25,792 bases of DNA from Elysia chlorotica (Eukaryota), in assembly GCA_003991915.1 (NCBI GenBank), contig RQTK01000096.1, positions 652,600 to 678,391 on the forward strand. Direction: 5' to 3'. Below the pieces are notes generated by a model. The model was not told the DNA's origin. It saw nothing but the letters and a program-made list of their open reading frames with translations, and ran no database searches. How positions within the stretch are numbered: the first letter of the stretch is position 1; each line of letters opens with the position of its first letter. Below, in pieces: positions 12,696-22,199 of this stretch. Position numbers and translations under genes: made by a program.

Positions 12696-13058
12696 CTGCC
12701 ATACAGATTGAAATAAAAAAATAATTTTCTGTAACTCTACCGTTTGTTATGTATGAAAGATAAATTATAAAATTATGCTTTTTCCTCATTCATAACATTA
12801 ACTTATATATTAAATTATGGTATTTATAAAGCAAAAAAAAAAAATTCATGTTAATACAAAACATTTTCCAGCAAATTCAAAGAGTCCGGGTCTTAAATAA
12901 TCTATAGCAGTTAACATAATTTTTATTGTTGAGAGAAACAAACTAAAAAACCAACAAAAAAAGAACACTTAAAAGAAGAGAGGTGAAAGTTGGTAGTGCA
13001 AACAATCTGATTTGAAAACTTGCAAAGAATTAAAGTGCACAAAACTGTTAAACCTAAC

Positions 13059-13198
13059 CTTTGATTGTCCTTGCGGACATAGGTTTGAGGTCCAATCTCA
13101 ATATTTGTGACATTTGTGTTTTGGTCTAACACATGGATGTAGTAGTAAGGAGGAATGCGATACATCGCATTGTCTTCTCGTTTGCTGGTGCTGGTCAT
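13059..13198 (-). CDS. MVP: MVP coding exon 1 (ATG at 13198..13196; N-terminus [27 protein letters not shown]...RKDNQ; donor CAAAG|gttagg, phase 2)
   Basis: The ORF-track fragment matches the conserved MVP N-terminus (human [36 protein letters not shown]). Kozak A at -3. A GT donor on the minus strand lies at 13058-13057. Confidence 0.85.
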
Positions 13199-13215
13199 CT
13201 TGAAGTTTTAGTTCA
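13199..13215 (-). other. MVP: 5'-UTR part of the first MVP coding exon; a predicted 3' splice acceptor (ttccttctttttttttcatctcag|TGAAC) lies immediately upstream, which implies a non-coding upstream exon
   Basis: On the minus strand a strong polypyrimidine tract plus AG ends at 13216-13217, 17 nt before the ATG. Confidence 0.5.
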
Positions 13216-14164
13216 CTGAGATGAAAAAAAAAGAAGGAACCATATCAGTAAATAGTGATTAGTTCTATTTAAAAAAAGCAAAAAATGGTTTGTAAGCAGC
13301 TATTTTAAATGGACTTGGAAAATATGTAATCGGACTAGGGTCTCGGTTCAAGAGTGACAATTCACACAACAGATATTGCTTCTGCCTCAATAAAATAATG
13401 TAGATCATGCCTTTCTGTCAAAATTTCGCTATACATATTGTACAATATTGCTTTACAGAGTTTCTGCTGACTATATAATGCAGTTTTAGTGCAAACTTTG
13501 TTATATGCGCTAGTGTTATTGTTCCAATAAAAATTATTATTTGTTCCAGCAGCCTAAGAGTAAGAAAGCCAATTTCTCAATAGTTTATATTTTCTAGGTC
13601 TCAAGAAACATTATATATAATTATAGAGTATGGACAAAAAAAACTTGCGACATACAGTGTTTCTTTTCAACATTATTTATATAGAAATACTATACTAATA
13701 TAAAGTGCATGTACAGTTATATATGGCCAAACTTTGTTAAAAACAATGCAGGTGGCCTATATAGTGCTTATAGACTCAGCACTATGGTATAGGCTTAGTG
13801 TATTGGTCCAAATTTTGTTATGAATATACAAACTATCAGTGGTTGTGTTTAAATCAAATTCTTTTGCCTTGGTATCAAACAAAGCAAAGCTTTCTCCTAG
13901 TTTTAAAACGTTTTCTCTATCCTGGCTGTTTTAAAAATAAAATCATTGCGATACAAAACATCTATGTCCATCACTTGGGCAGAAACAGTGTTGTTTTCAT
14001 GTTACTTTTGTTTCATATAATAAACAGGGGTATATTGTAATTAAGTCTAGAGATATTATAAGTCTCAATTTGTAAAATTACCTTTATAAGCAGACAGTTC
14101 TAGGTGTACAAATAGATGTGTATTTAACAGTATGCCAACATAAATCTTAGGAATACTTCAAGCC

Positions 14165-14575
14165 ATATCTAGATCTAGATCTAGTAAATCTTATACTATC
14201 CAAATATTTTGATTTTTGGAGAATTAGGCATATAATATTAGATTGAGCTCCAGACTAGAGAAACAATTTACAATGATTCTAAATGCAGCCTAATAAAATA
14301 ATCTAGAATTCTATGTTTAGGCGATAATTATTATGCCGGCAGGTAAATCGAAGAATCATAATTCAAATCAGTGGTTTGGAATAGAGCAAATCCACAGATA
14401 TTCTCTATCTAGAGCTCGACTACACTGAGTACCTAGATTAGATCTAGATCTAGATTCTAGATTTATAAACTTTTAGTATCTTGATTTAGATATTTATCTT
14501 GCAAGACAGTCGTCAGATTCAGAGTAGCCTTGGAGATTATATTGACATCAAGATCTAGAAATCTAGAGCCCCAGA
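14165..14575. repeat. Cluster of palindromic AGATCT/TCTAGA repeats (atctagatctagatctag at about 14168; tagatctagatctagattctag at about 14437; tctagaaatctagag at about 14553); possible MITE-like element
   Basis: Direct reading. The blocks are palindromic, so each resembles the reverse complement of the other, like terminal inverted repeats about 270 bp apart. Confidence 0.35.
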
Positions 14576-15654
14576 TATTTTTACAGCCTGATGGGAAACA
14601 ATATTGCGTTATTTTAAACCAAGAAAACAGGTTAACCAGTTCATGATTTAAACATATTACTTACAATTACAAGTAGCCTGTTTTTCAGATCAACCAAAAG
14701 CCTTGGTATAGCCTTGTGAAAGAGCACAAGCAATAGGAGGTTGGTTCCTGAGTTCTGTACCACATCTATTAATAGATCCTTACGCTTCCTAGTACTAAGT
14801 TACCTAGAATAGATTTATTTGCGCGTCAGGACATGTGTAAGTTCACTAAGTTGCCTTTTTTAATGCAATAGCAAACCATAGAGTAACTTAGTTGTACCGT
14901 ATTATTGTGATTGGAAGGGGGACAAAAAGAAAGGGGAGGGGGGAGTAGGCCTACAGTTGACATCTTCGTTCTGACTGCTGTACTAGTAGGGGCCAAGAAC
15001 TGAACAGATAGGCTAATAATGATAAAATTAATGTGCACTGCATACAACCAGTTTTACAATTATTTTTAACGTCATCACCCAAGACATTCTTTTTTTACGC
15101 TTTGACACAGAGGGACAGCAGGGATACCAAGATTTAAGATTTGTCTCAGCCTAAGAGTTACCTGGTCCCATTATGTAGGCCTAGGCCCTACGCTTAGTTC
15201 TCAGCCAATCTTTTTGTTGTTGTTCAACCCTTGTCCAGCCTATTTTCACCGTAGTTGCACCATCTAAACAAAATCAAATCCACTTAGGATAAGAAGACGC
15301 CTGCTTGACTCTGCTACACCGCCCCTTTATTACACGTAGCCTACTTATCATTGGGTCAAAAACTTAATCATGTCTTTCATATTCAATTAGATAAATAGAT
15401 AGGAGCCTCATAATAAAAACGTTCCTCGCTTTATACTTACAGAAATAAACTGTACAGTTAGCACCTTTTGCATAATCGAGAGACGAAACTTATGTTCCGT
15501 GTGGGCTACCGAGTAGGCATAAGTAGATGATAGAAGGCCTTTCTGCACGTCGTAAAGCGCAATAAGTCAACGCGATAGGGTAGTTCTATTTTTTTTTTTT
15601 AATGAACTGTTAAGCCAATACATGTACCAGGCCAACTAGGCTACTCTTAAAACT

Positions 15655-15689
15655 CGTACTACTAGCCTACTACTACTCGTACTACTAGC

Positions 15690-15748
<59 letters not shown>
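15655..15748. repeat. (TAC)n microsatellite with a duplicated 23-bp unit (ctcgtactactagcctactacta), followed by T- and C-runs
   Basis: Direct reading. Confidence 0.9.
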
Positions 15749-15758
<10 letters not shown>

Positions 15759-15974
15759 TTTTCTTTTTCCCCCCCTGGTCAGGTATGGATTTTTGCAATA
15801 ATTGGCCATGTTTCTATTTCATAAATACGTGTATTATTACGTTTTCTTAATTGGAAACGATTCCCTAGTTCAGGACTTAGATGTATTGTTTCTCCTCTCA
15901 ATAAATGTAATACTGTTGCAGTTTGTTTTTAATGCCATTTGCTTACAAGGCAGTGTGACACATGGATCAAGATT

Positions 15975-16326
15975 GTCCCTGGGGTAGAACATCAGCTTCC
16001 GACGCAAAAGGTTCGTGGTTCGAGCCCTGGCGATTTCGCTTTCTAGTGATTGGGTCGGTGTCAGTTTAATGTGAACGGCTTAGAGTCTGAGACACAAGTC
16101 ATGGTATTCCCGCCCTGTCTTGTGTATGGCAGCACGTAAAATTTTCAGACGTCAGGGCCCGTCCACAATATAGCCTATATATAGTGCTGATGTTAGACGT
16201 TAAACCAACTCAACTACTACAACTGCACCATCATTCGGGACTGTTGTCCGGGCACGTTCTTTTTAACGGTGTTGTTCGGCCCTCGAGAAAGAGCGTTGAT
16301 TCAACACTGCTTTTTTTTTTTTTTTA
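15975..16326 (+). mobile_element. tRNA-derived SINE-like element, copy A (tRNA-like head with B-box GGTTCGAGCCC, a body of about 175 bp, and a T-run at its 3' end)
   Basis: The head reads ggggtagaacatcagcttccgacgcaaaaggttcgtggttcgagccc. The body 16041-16215 is about 85% identical to 16481-16650. It ends in a T-run (16311-16326), a pol III terminator-like feature. Confidence 0.55.
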
Positions 16327-16445
16327 AGTAGATTTCGTGAACTATCACCGAAAGGCCTTCAAACATTCCTTTTTTTTTTTAGTGCATGATTGAGGACATT
16401 TGAATTAATTTGTTTATTTCATTTATGTGTGTGTGTGGGGTGGGG

Positions 16446-16650
16446 GGTTTAGAACATCGAATCCTGTCTTTTGCGTTCCCTACTGGTTGGGTCGGTGTCA
16501 GTATAATGTGACCGGCTGAGACAGGAGTCATGGTATCCCCGCCCTGTCTCATGTGTGGCAGCACGTAAAATTGTCAGACGTAAGTCTTAGGACCAATCCA
16601 CAATATAGCCTATATAAAGCTGAAGTTGGACGTTAAACCAACCAACTCAA
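16446..16650 (+). mobile_element. SINE-like element, copy B (5'-truncated head, same body as copy A)
   Basis: It begins ggggggtttagaacatcgaatcctgtc, similar to the copy A head but lacking the B-box segment. The body tgggtcggtgtcagt...ggcagcacgtaaaatt...tccacaatatagcctatata...gacgttaaaccaac is shared with copy A. It is preceded by (GT)n. Confidence 0.55.
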
Positions 16651-16863
16651 CCAACCCTCCCAACCTCCCCATTTCATTTATGTTTTCGTATCCTAAAATG
16701 TAATGGCCTTTGCAATCTTGCCCTGTTTTTTCCCCTCCATTTTTTTTCATAGCCTTTTTTAAGCGTTCTATTTATGTTTTTATCCAGAAGTCATGAAAAT
16801 ATGGATAACGGAAAGTGGCTAAAAATAAAACCCCACTAATTACTATCAAAAGGATTGATAATA

Positions 16864-16945
16864 ATGACAACAATAATAATAATAATAACAATAATAATAA
16901 TACTACTACTAACAAGTTATCACTACTTTATCATTATAATAATAA
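16864..16945. repeat. (AAT)n/(AAC)n/(TAC)n imperfect trinucleotide repeat
   Basis: Direct reading. Confidence 0.85.
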
Positions 16946-17290
16946 CAATATATTGCAAAAGTATATTTTAATATTTTAATTATATTTTTGATGATATTGA
17001 TAACATTATTTTTTTAAATGTTTTTTTTTTTAATTCGTACTGCATTCCTTAACTTATAACGCAGTGAGTATTTTCGCAAAAAAATTGTAAACAATAAACA
17101 AACAAAAAATATCGTAGTTCATAATAAAAACACTTAAAAGAATTAATTGTCTTTTTGTTATTTTTTTTTGTTCTTCAAGAATGCTATAAAATTGTTCGGC
17201 AATACATTATTGAAACAAAAATCAACAGACACACAAAATAAAGTATAATCTACCTTTTTGTTTTCGATGGTTTTGTTTTTGTTTGTATTT

Positions 17291-17296
17291 TTTATT
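17291..17296 (-). promoter_or_regulatory. Candidate polyadenylation signal AATAAA for the lectin gene (minus strand), about 22 nt past the stop codon
   Basis: tttatt on the plus strand lies immediately downstream of the ORF end, in a very AT-rich stretch. Confidence 0.25.
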
Positions 17297-17317
17297 ATTA
17301 TTTGACGTCTTTTAGTT

Positions 17318-19213
17318 TTACAACCTGCAAAAAACAATCATAATTGCCAAAGCTAAAATCATTGGGAGATTTGGGCATAAAGTCGACACATCGTCTTTTT
17401 GGAAACCAAGAGCGGTAACCGGCGCCAAATCTTTCTCACAAATAAAATTTAATTGATTGTCACATGAAGTGTCGTAAGCTTGTACCATTGCGTTAATAGC
17501 GACACAGTTTTCCGGTTCTTTTCCGTTTCCGTTGTCTGGCTGATCGTTCTTGCCAAAAACTGTGAAGTCAACAATGGTAGAGTCATACCACCTCCAGGTA
17601 CTAAAAGCATTATCTCGTGACATACCCAACCAGTAATCAATGTAATACGATTTTTTTGAGATATTGCTTAGGAAATCGGCGATCTCTTTGGTTTTCAAAA
17701 TCAATGGTATAGCTTGTCGATCTGTGAGAACACCCATGCAATACTTCAGATTTGCTTGGTAAGTTAACTTGTTCGATAAGCTAGTATCTAGAAAGTAACA
17801 AGTACCATTAAATTTACTCCACTCATCTTCACAACTTGATTCACCTTCGTCCAGTTCATACTGACATGCTGGATAGGAATCATATTTACAGTTTCTTCCC
17901 GCAATCTCATTTTCATACGGACCAAAAGTAATGCAATCGGTAGAATATACGCCCCAATAGTCATTGAAGGGCCCTTTTTGCCAACTCAACACTTTGCCGT
18001 CTATTGCTGACCCATCATGCCAAGTAAATTGCCCTTCATTGTCGATATCATTGGCTGACGTCCACATAGTTGATGTATCACGTGTTTTGACAGTCTCAAT
18101 CCACAACTTTTCGTCCAATGAGTTTATGGACAATAAATGAGATCCTCGGGCTTCACATGTCTCCTTTGCTTCAGACCATGTCTTTGCCTTGTATTTGCTT
18201 ATAGAATAACAGGATCTGCCAGCTCGAACCCAAAGATTTGGGCATCCAAACAATCCATTACCTTGAGCACGTTTTTTACATATGTAAGGTAAAGCCTCCA
18301 CGTCATAAAAACTGTAAGGAACATAGCGGGTGTTTCCTGAATGCAGTAGCGCAATATACGGCATCCCATAGGATCTTTGAGAAAGCCACGGAACAACCGA
18401 GAGGTCGAGTTCTTTTCCATCCTTTCCTATTGGTCCATTTTGACCAAGCGTGAATCCTGTCCACCAAGGAGTGACATCGTATGTCCCATTCAGAGATTCC
18501 ATGAGGTCATCAACACTAGTAATAAGTTCCATGTTTTCTTGTTTACAGAGAGACTCTGCGTCAGCCTGGTTTGCCATTTTCCAACTGAGCCAAAATATTA
18601 GCTTATCATTGCCAAACCATTTTACGTAATCCAATTCCTGTTTTGGTAACTTTGACTTTTCCGCTTGGCACACAACCCATAAATCCACTTCACATGGTTC
18701 TGTACTGATCTCACCAGGGTCTAAACGAGAATAAAAAATGTTCTTATCTTTCCCTATCAAATTATACTTCGCTCTATTTCCAACATGCAAAGCTACACAT
18801 TTGTTGTCTCTTTCAAACGATTTCTGCAATTCTGGAATACTTTCAGCTTCAGGAGTAATCTCCACCCAAGAATCTTCAATTTTGGTCGCATAACTATCAT
18901 CAGAAAATCTTCTCTCCATGTTTATGATCCAGCCATATGTTGTTCGTGCTTTAGCTTGAGCCTGCATAAAGCTGAGTTCTTTCTTAGACTTTGGAAATGC
19001 ATGTTCAGCATCTAATATAAAGCACTGATCGTTGGCGTTGATTGGATTTACTGTTTCATCACTGTCGCTAAAGTAGTAACAGAAACCGTCTAAGAAAGTC
19101 CAGTTTTCTTCGCACACAGCAGAATTGTCCTTCGTGTAACTTTGTGAGATCTCTGCTATAGCACAAGTGATCCAGATCGCCAAAATGGGGACGTAGATTA
19201 CCCGAAACACCAT
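17318..19213 (-). CDS. Uninterrupted 631-aa ORF: signal peptide, four tandem C-type-lectin-like domains, and a C-terminal hydrophobic tail (a putative GPI-anchored multi-CTLD lectin)
   Basis: This is the longest ORF in the window (1896 nt, no introns). The N-terminus MVFRVIYVPILAIWITCAIA is hydrophobic. CTLD hallmarks appear repeatedly: CxxxW...C starts, WTSANDIDNEGQFTWHDGS, and C...FICEKD ends. Domain 4 has a QPD motif followed by E..ENC. The C-terminus ...DDVSTLCPNLPMILALAIMIVFCRL has no cytoplasmic tail. Kozak A at -3. Confidence 0.85.
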   Translation of the reverse strand: MVFRVIYVPILAIWITCAIAEISQSYTKDNSAVCEENWTFLDGFCYYFSDSDETVNPINANDQCFILDAEHAFPKSKKELSFMQAQAKARTTYGWIINMERRFSDDSYATKIEDSWVEITPEAESIPELQKSFERDNKCVALHVGNRAKYNLIGKDKNIFYSRLDPGEISTEPCEVDLWVVCQAEKSKLPKQELDYVKWFGNDKLIFWLSWKMANQADAESLCKQENMELITSVDDLMESLNGTYDVTPWWTGFTLGQNGPIGKDGKELDLSVVPWLSQRSYGMPYIALLHSGNTRYVPYSFYDVEALPYICKKRAQGNGLFGCPNLWVRAGRSCYSISKYKAKTWSEAKETCEARGSHLLSINSLDEKLWIETVKTRDTSTMWTSANDIDNEGQFTWHDGSAIDGKVLSWQKGPFNDYWGVYSTDCITFGPYENEIAGRNCKYDSYPACQYELDEGESSCEDEWSKFNGTCYFLDTSLSNKLTYQANLKYCMGVLTDRQAIPLILKTKEIADFLSNISKKSYYIDYWLGMSRDNAFSTWRWYDSTIVDFTVFGKNDQPDNGNGKEPENCVAINAMVQAYDTSCDNQLNFICEKDLAPVTALGFQKDDVSTLCPNLPMILALAIMIVFCRL

Positions 19214-19243
19214 TGTGTGAAAATAGTGTTGTCGCCGACAAAC
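19214..19243 (-). other. 5'-UTR segment of the lectin gene, preceded by a predicted 3' splice acceptor (ccttattattttccctag|GTTTGTC)
   Basis: A minus-strand polypyrimidine tract plus AG lies at 19244-19249, 30 nt upstream of the ATG. This suggests a non-coding 5' exon further upstream. Confidence 0.4.
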
Positions 19244-20483
19244 CTAGGGAAAATAATAAGGAAAATCAAAATTAACATTTTACAAACTTTTCGAATGTTA
19301 TCTAGGTGGCCTTTTCTTAAATCATGTATGTATATTTAGAACACTTTGATGAAATTACCAATACTGAAGCAACTATGCACTGTTATATCCATCGAGGTTT
19401 TTACATAGATATATGTTTTTCCACAATAATCTAATTTTCTTGGAGATTTACTTATAGAACAATCTAAAAAAAAAAACCTTGAACGACTTTTTTCTAACTT
19501 TACTCTGTGTAAAATAATGCGTGATATAGTAGAAACAATTTACTTCTGAAAAAATAAGCCAGATACCGAATCATATACATGTATACTTGAGAAACAGTAA
19601 AAATTTACTCCTAAATTTCCTATTCCGTGAAGTTCCACAGTAACCTAATATACCCAAACCTTTTTTGTGAAAAATGTGAACTTTTTCTTACATTACAGCA
19701 TGTAATTAGAGGAGTTATCAAAGATTGAAATTGCAAGCAAAGCAAAGTTTTACGCTACCAAATACAACACAGGAGACAGCTAACACCATCGTAGAACCAC
19801 ACGAAGCCATTAACGTAAGATTCATAATTTATGCAGAGGAAAACTGGAAAGGATAGGTCAAGAACTTATAGTTTTTGTAAGGGTATTGTTGTCTGTTTTT
19901 TTTTTAATGACAGCGACAGTGCTTTTAAAGGACATTAACATTTATTTTCTTTACTGAAAGAGTAAATGTTTATATAAATGCAAACAGTTTGAATAAAAAA
20001 AAAATTATCTCGTTTCTCTACATCGTGACTATAAGTTCAAGTTGGGTGTTTTCTATAATTTGTTGTTCCCAAAATAATTATACAGAGTTGCTTTTTGTCA
20101 TCGTTGTGTCTATTCACTCAAAGAGTATTAAAAACACACTAGCTGTAGTTGTAATTATTAAGTGTTGATTAGGTGGACTAGCTTTTAGAAGGCCAATCGC
20201 CAAAAATATTTTAACCTACAATTTCTTACTGTATTGACAGCTACAAACTCACTGCAACAATTTCTTCCTTTAGGCGAAATTATAATACGACGTACAAAAA
20301 AAATCTGAACACAATTTTCATTGTCATTATTACGTAGTACATAGCAACAAAGAAAGAGTAATAAGAACAGCATATCATTTGTGGTTTGATATGAAGTCGT
20401 TAAGCTTAGTAACGTAAAAAAGGAAAAGAAACACGAAAATGTGCGTAATAATTCTACTTACAACAAATCTCACATGCAAATAC

Positions 20484-20577
20484 CCCCCCCCCCCCAACAA
20501 ACCCCCCCCTTCCCCCCCTTCAAAAAAACCCCCACACAAACTCCCCCCCCCCCCCACAAACCCACCCCTTTCCCCCC
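20484..20577. repeat. C-run tract on the plus strand (C12, C8, C7, C5, C13, C3, C4, C6 separated by short A-rich spacers); G-runs on the minus strand
   Basis: Direct reading. It satisfies a G4 / i-motif pattern many times over. It lies about 1.3 kb upstream (5') of the lectin gene ATG. Confidence 0.9.
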
Positions 20578-20942
20578 AAAACAAAAAGAAAGAAAGAGAA
20601 AGAAAAATAATAGAAAAAAAATAGTCGTCTTACCGTTGTCTCTTGTAGAAACCTCAGAAATATTATTGAAGATACAACAAGAACACTAGGTTGCGCTTCT
20701 TAAATAAATCTTGCTACTAAAAGGGGGCGTTTACTTTATCTGATAAAAAACATTCTTGGGCAGACAAAAGATAGGTTACACATAACGTATACAATCGCAC
20801 CGTGTATCAGGTAATGGATTTATACAACTTATAATCAGTCCTTGACTGTTTTTATCTTCGGGAAACAATGTTTACCATGAATATCAATAATACTGCTAAA
20901 ACACATAAAAATCCCATTACCCTTATGAGAATACACAGAAGA

Positions 20943-21010
20943 CAAAACAGCAAAAAACAACAACAGCAACAACTACAACAACAAAAACAACAACAACAAA
21001 ACAAACAATA
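20943..21010. repeat. (CAA)n imperfect microsatellite
   Basis: Direct reading. Confidence 0.9.
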
Positions 21011-21892
21011 AAAAGAATTAAAAAAAAAACCAAGAAAGTTAAGTCCTGACACAAGAACAATCCGTTAATGACAATTCACGTTTTTCTGATGTAAACCGAA
21101 AAGAAAAATTACGTTTTTATATTATAGTCCAGAAACATTATTGCGGAATACAGTTTTTGTTGACAACTTAATTAATTTAGGAAAAAACAGACATTTTTAT
21201 AGTTATTACAAATGTAAGCCATCTAAGATGCTAGAACGGTCTACTGTATTATTGGAAAAAAAACGAAAAATATCAAGATTGCTCCAGCTTAAGTTTAGAT
21301 AGATTTTAAAGCGAGGTAAAAGGACTTACATCTAGTTTAGATCTTGTGTTTAGGAATAATACTATTTTTTTTACGTTAATCATTTGCTTCAAGATTCCCA
21401 TAAACAATATACTTAATATAAAAACAGCAAACAAACAAGCAAACGAAATATTTTAGAGAGAATTTTATTTGATAACCAAATCAACTTATGAAAAGAAGAT
21501 AGAGAATAAATTGCACAGAATGCTTTTCTATTTATTCGTACAGAATTAATGTGGGGGTTTAAACTTGTGACAGAAAGAAACTATCATTCTCTTTTAAGGT
21601 TTAGTAAAAACAACAAGGAACACGACATTAATAAACTTTAATGAATTCAACGTAGATATTTTGGATACACCGGACGGGACCTCAAAAGACTAAACAGCAA
21701 TCATGTGCTACTTAAATTATACGTCCACGCAGAGTGGCCTAAAACAGAGAGTTGACACTCATTGCTGCAGCGATTATTTACAGATAAACCCAGGCGTAGG
21801 ACTCTGACGATATCTCAGCAAAATAGCGAAGTAAGGTTAAGTCAATGAATTTTATAGATAATATATCACTTTTACGACTCTTTCTTGTAAGA

Positions 21893-21927
21893 ATACTACT
21901 ACTGCTGCTACTACTACTACTACTACT
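21893..21927. repeat. (TAC)n/(TGC)n microsatellite abutting the tRNA-like fragment
   Basis: Direct reading. Confidence 0.9.
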
Positions 21928-21928
21928 A

Positions 21929-21995
21929 GCCGATGGCGTCTTGGCAAGGCGAATGGGTGTCGAGTAGAAGGTGCGGGTTCGATCCACGTCCATGT
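21929..21995 (+). mobile_element. tRNA-like fragment (gccgatggcgtcttggcaaggcg...ggtgcgggttcgatcc) flanked by (TAC)n tracts; probably a SINE head or tRNA pseudogene
   Basis: It has an A-box-like TGGCGTCTTGG and a B-box-like GGTTCGATCC. The acceptor and T-stems do not pair cleanly, so it is unlikely to be a functional tRNA. Confidence 0.4.
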
Positions 21996-22048
21996 CATCA
22001 GTTTAAAATATGTATTTGTTTACTTGTCTTATCTGTGGCTGTCCCTTC

Positions 22049-22119
22049 TACTTCTGCTGCTGCTGATACAACTACTGCTTCTACCTCTGCTGCTGCTGTT
22101 GCTACTACTACCACACAAT

Positions 22120-22198
<79 letters not shown>
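22049..22198. repeat. (GCT)n/(ACT)n imperfect repeat followed by a perfect (TAC)26 run (22121-22198)
   Basis: Direct reading. The poly-Y, poly-L and poly-V ORFs are artifacts. Confidence 0.95.

Positions 22199-22199
<1 letters not shown>

Noticed and set aside
15975-16040. Possible functional tRNA gene
   Set aside because: Only a B-box is clear. There is no good A-box and no cloverleaf pairing. It is continuous with a repeated SINE body, so it was treated as a SINE head.
16379-16564. 61-aa minus-strand ORF
   Set aside because: It lies entirely within the SINE-like repeat copy B and the (GT)n tract.
20375-20689. Proline-rich and glycine-rich ORFs
   Set aside because: They are translations of the homopolymeric C/G runs.
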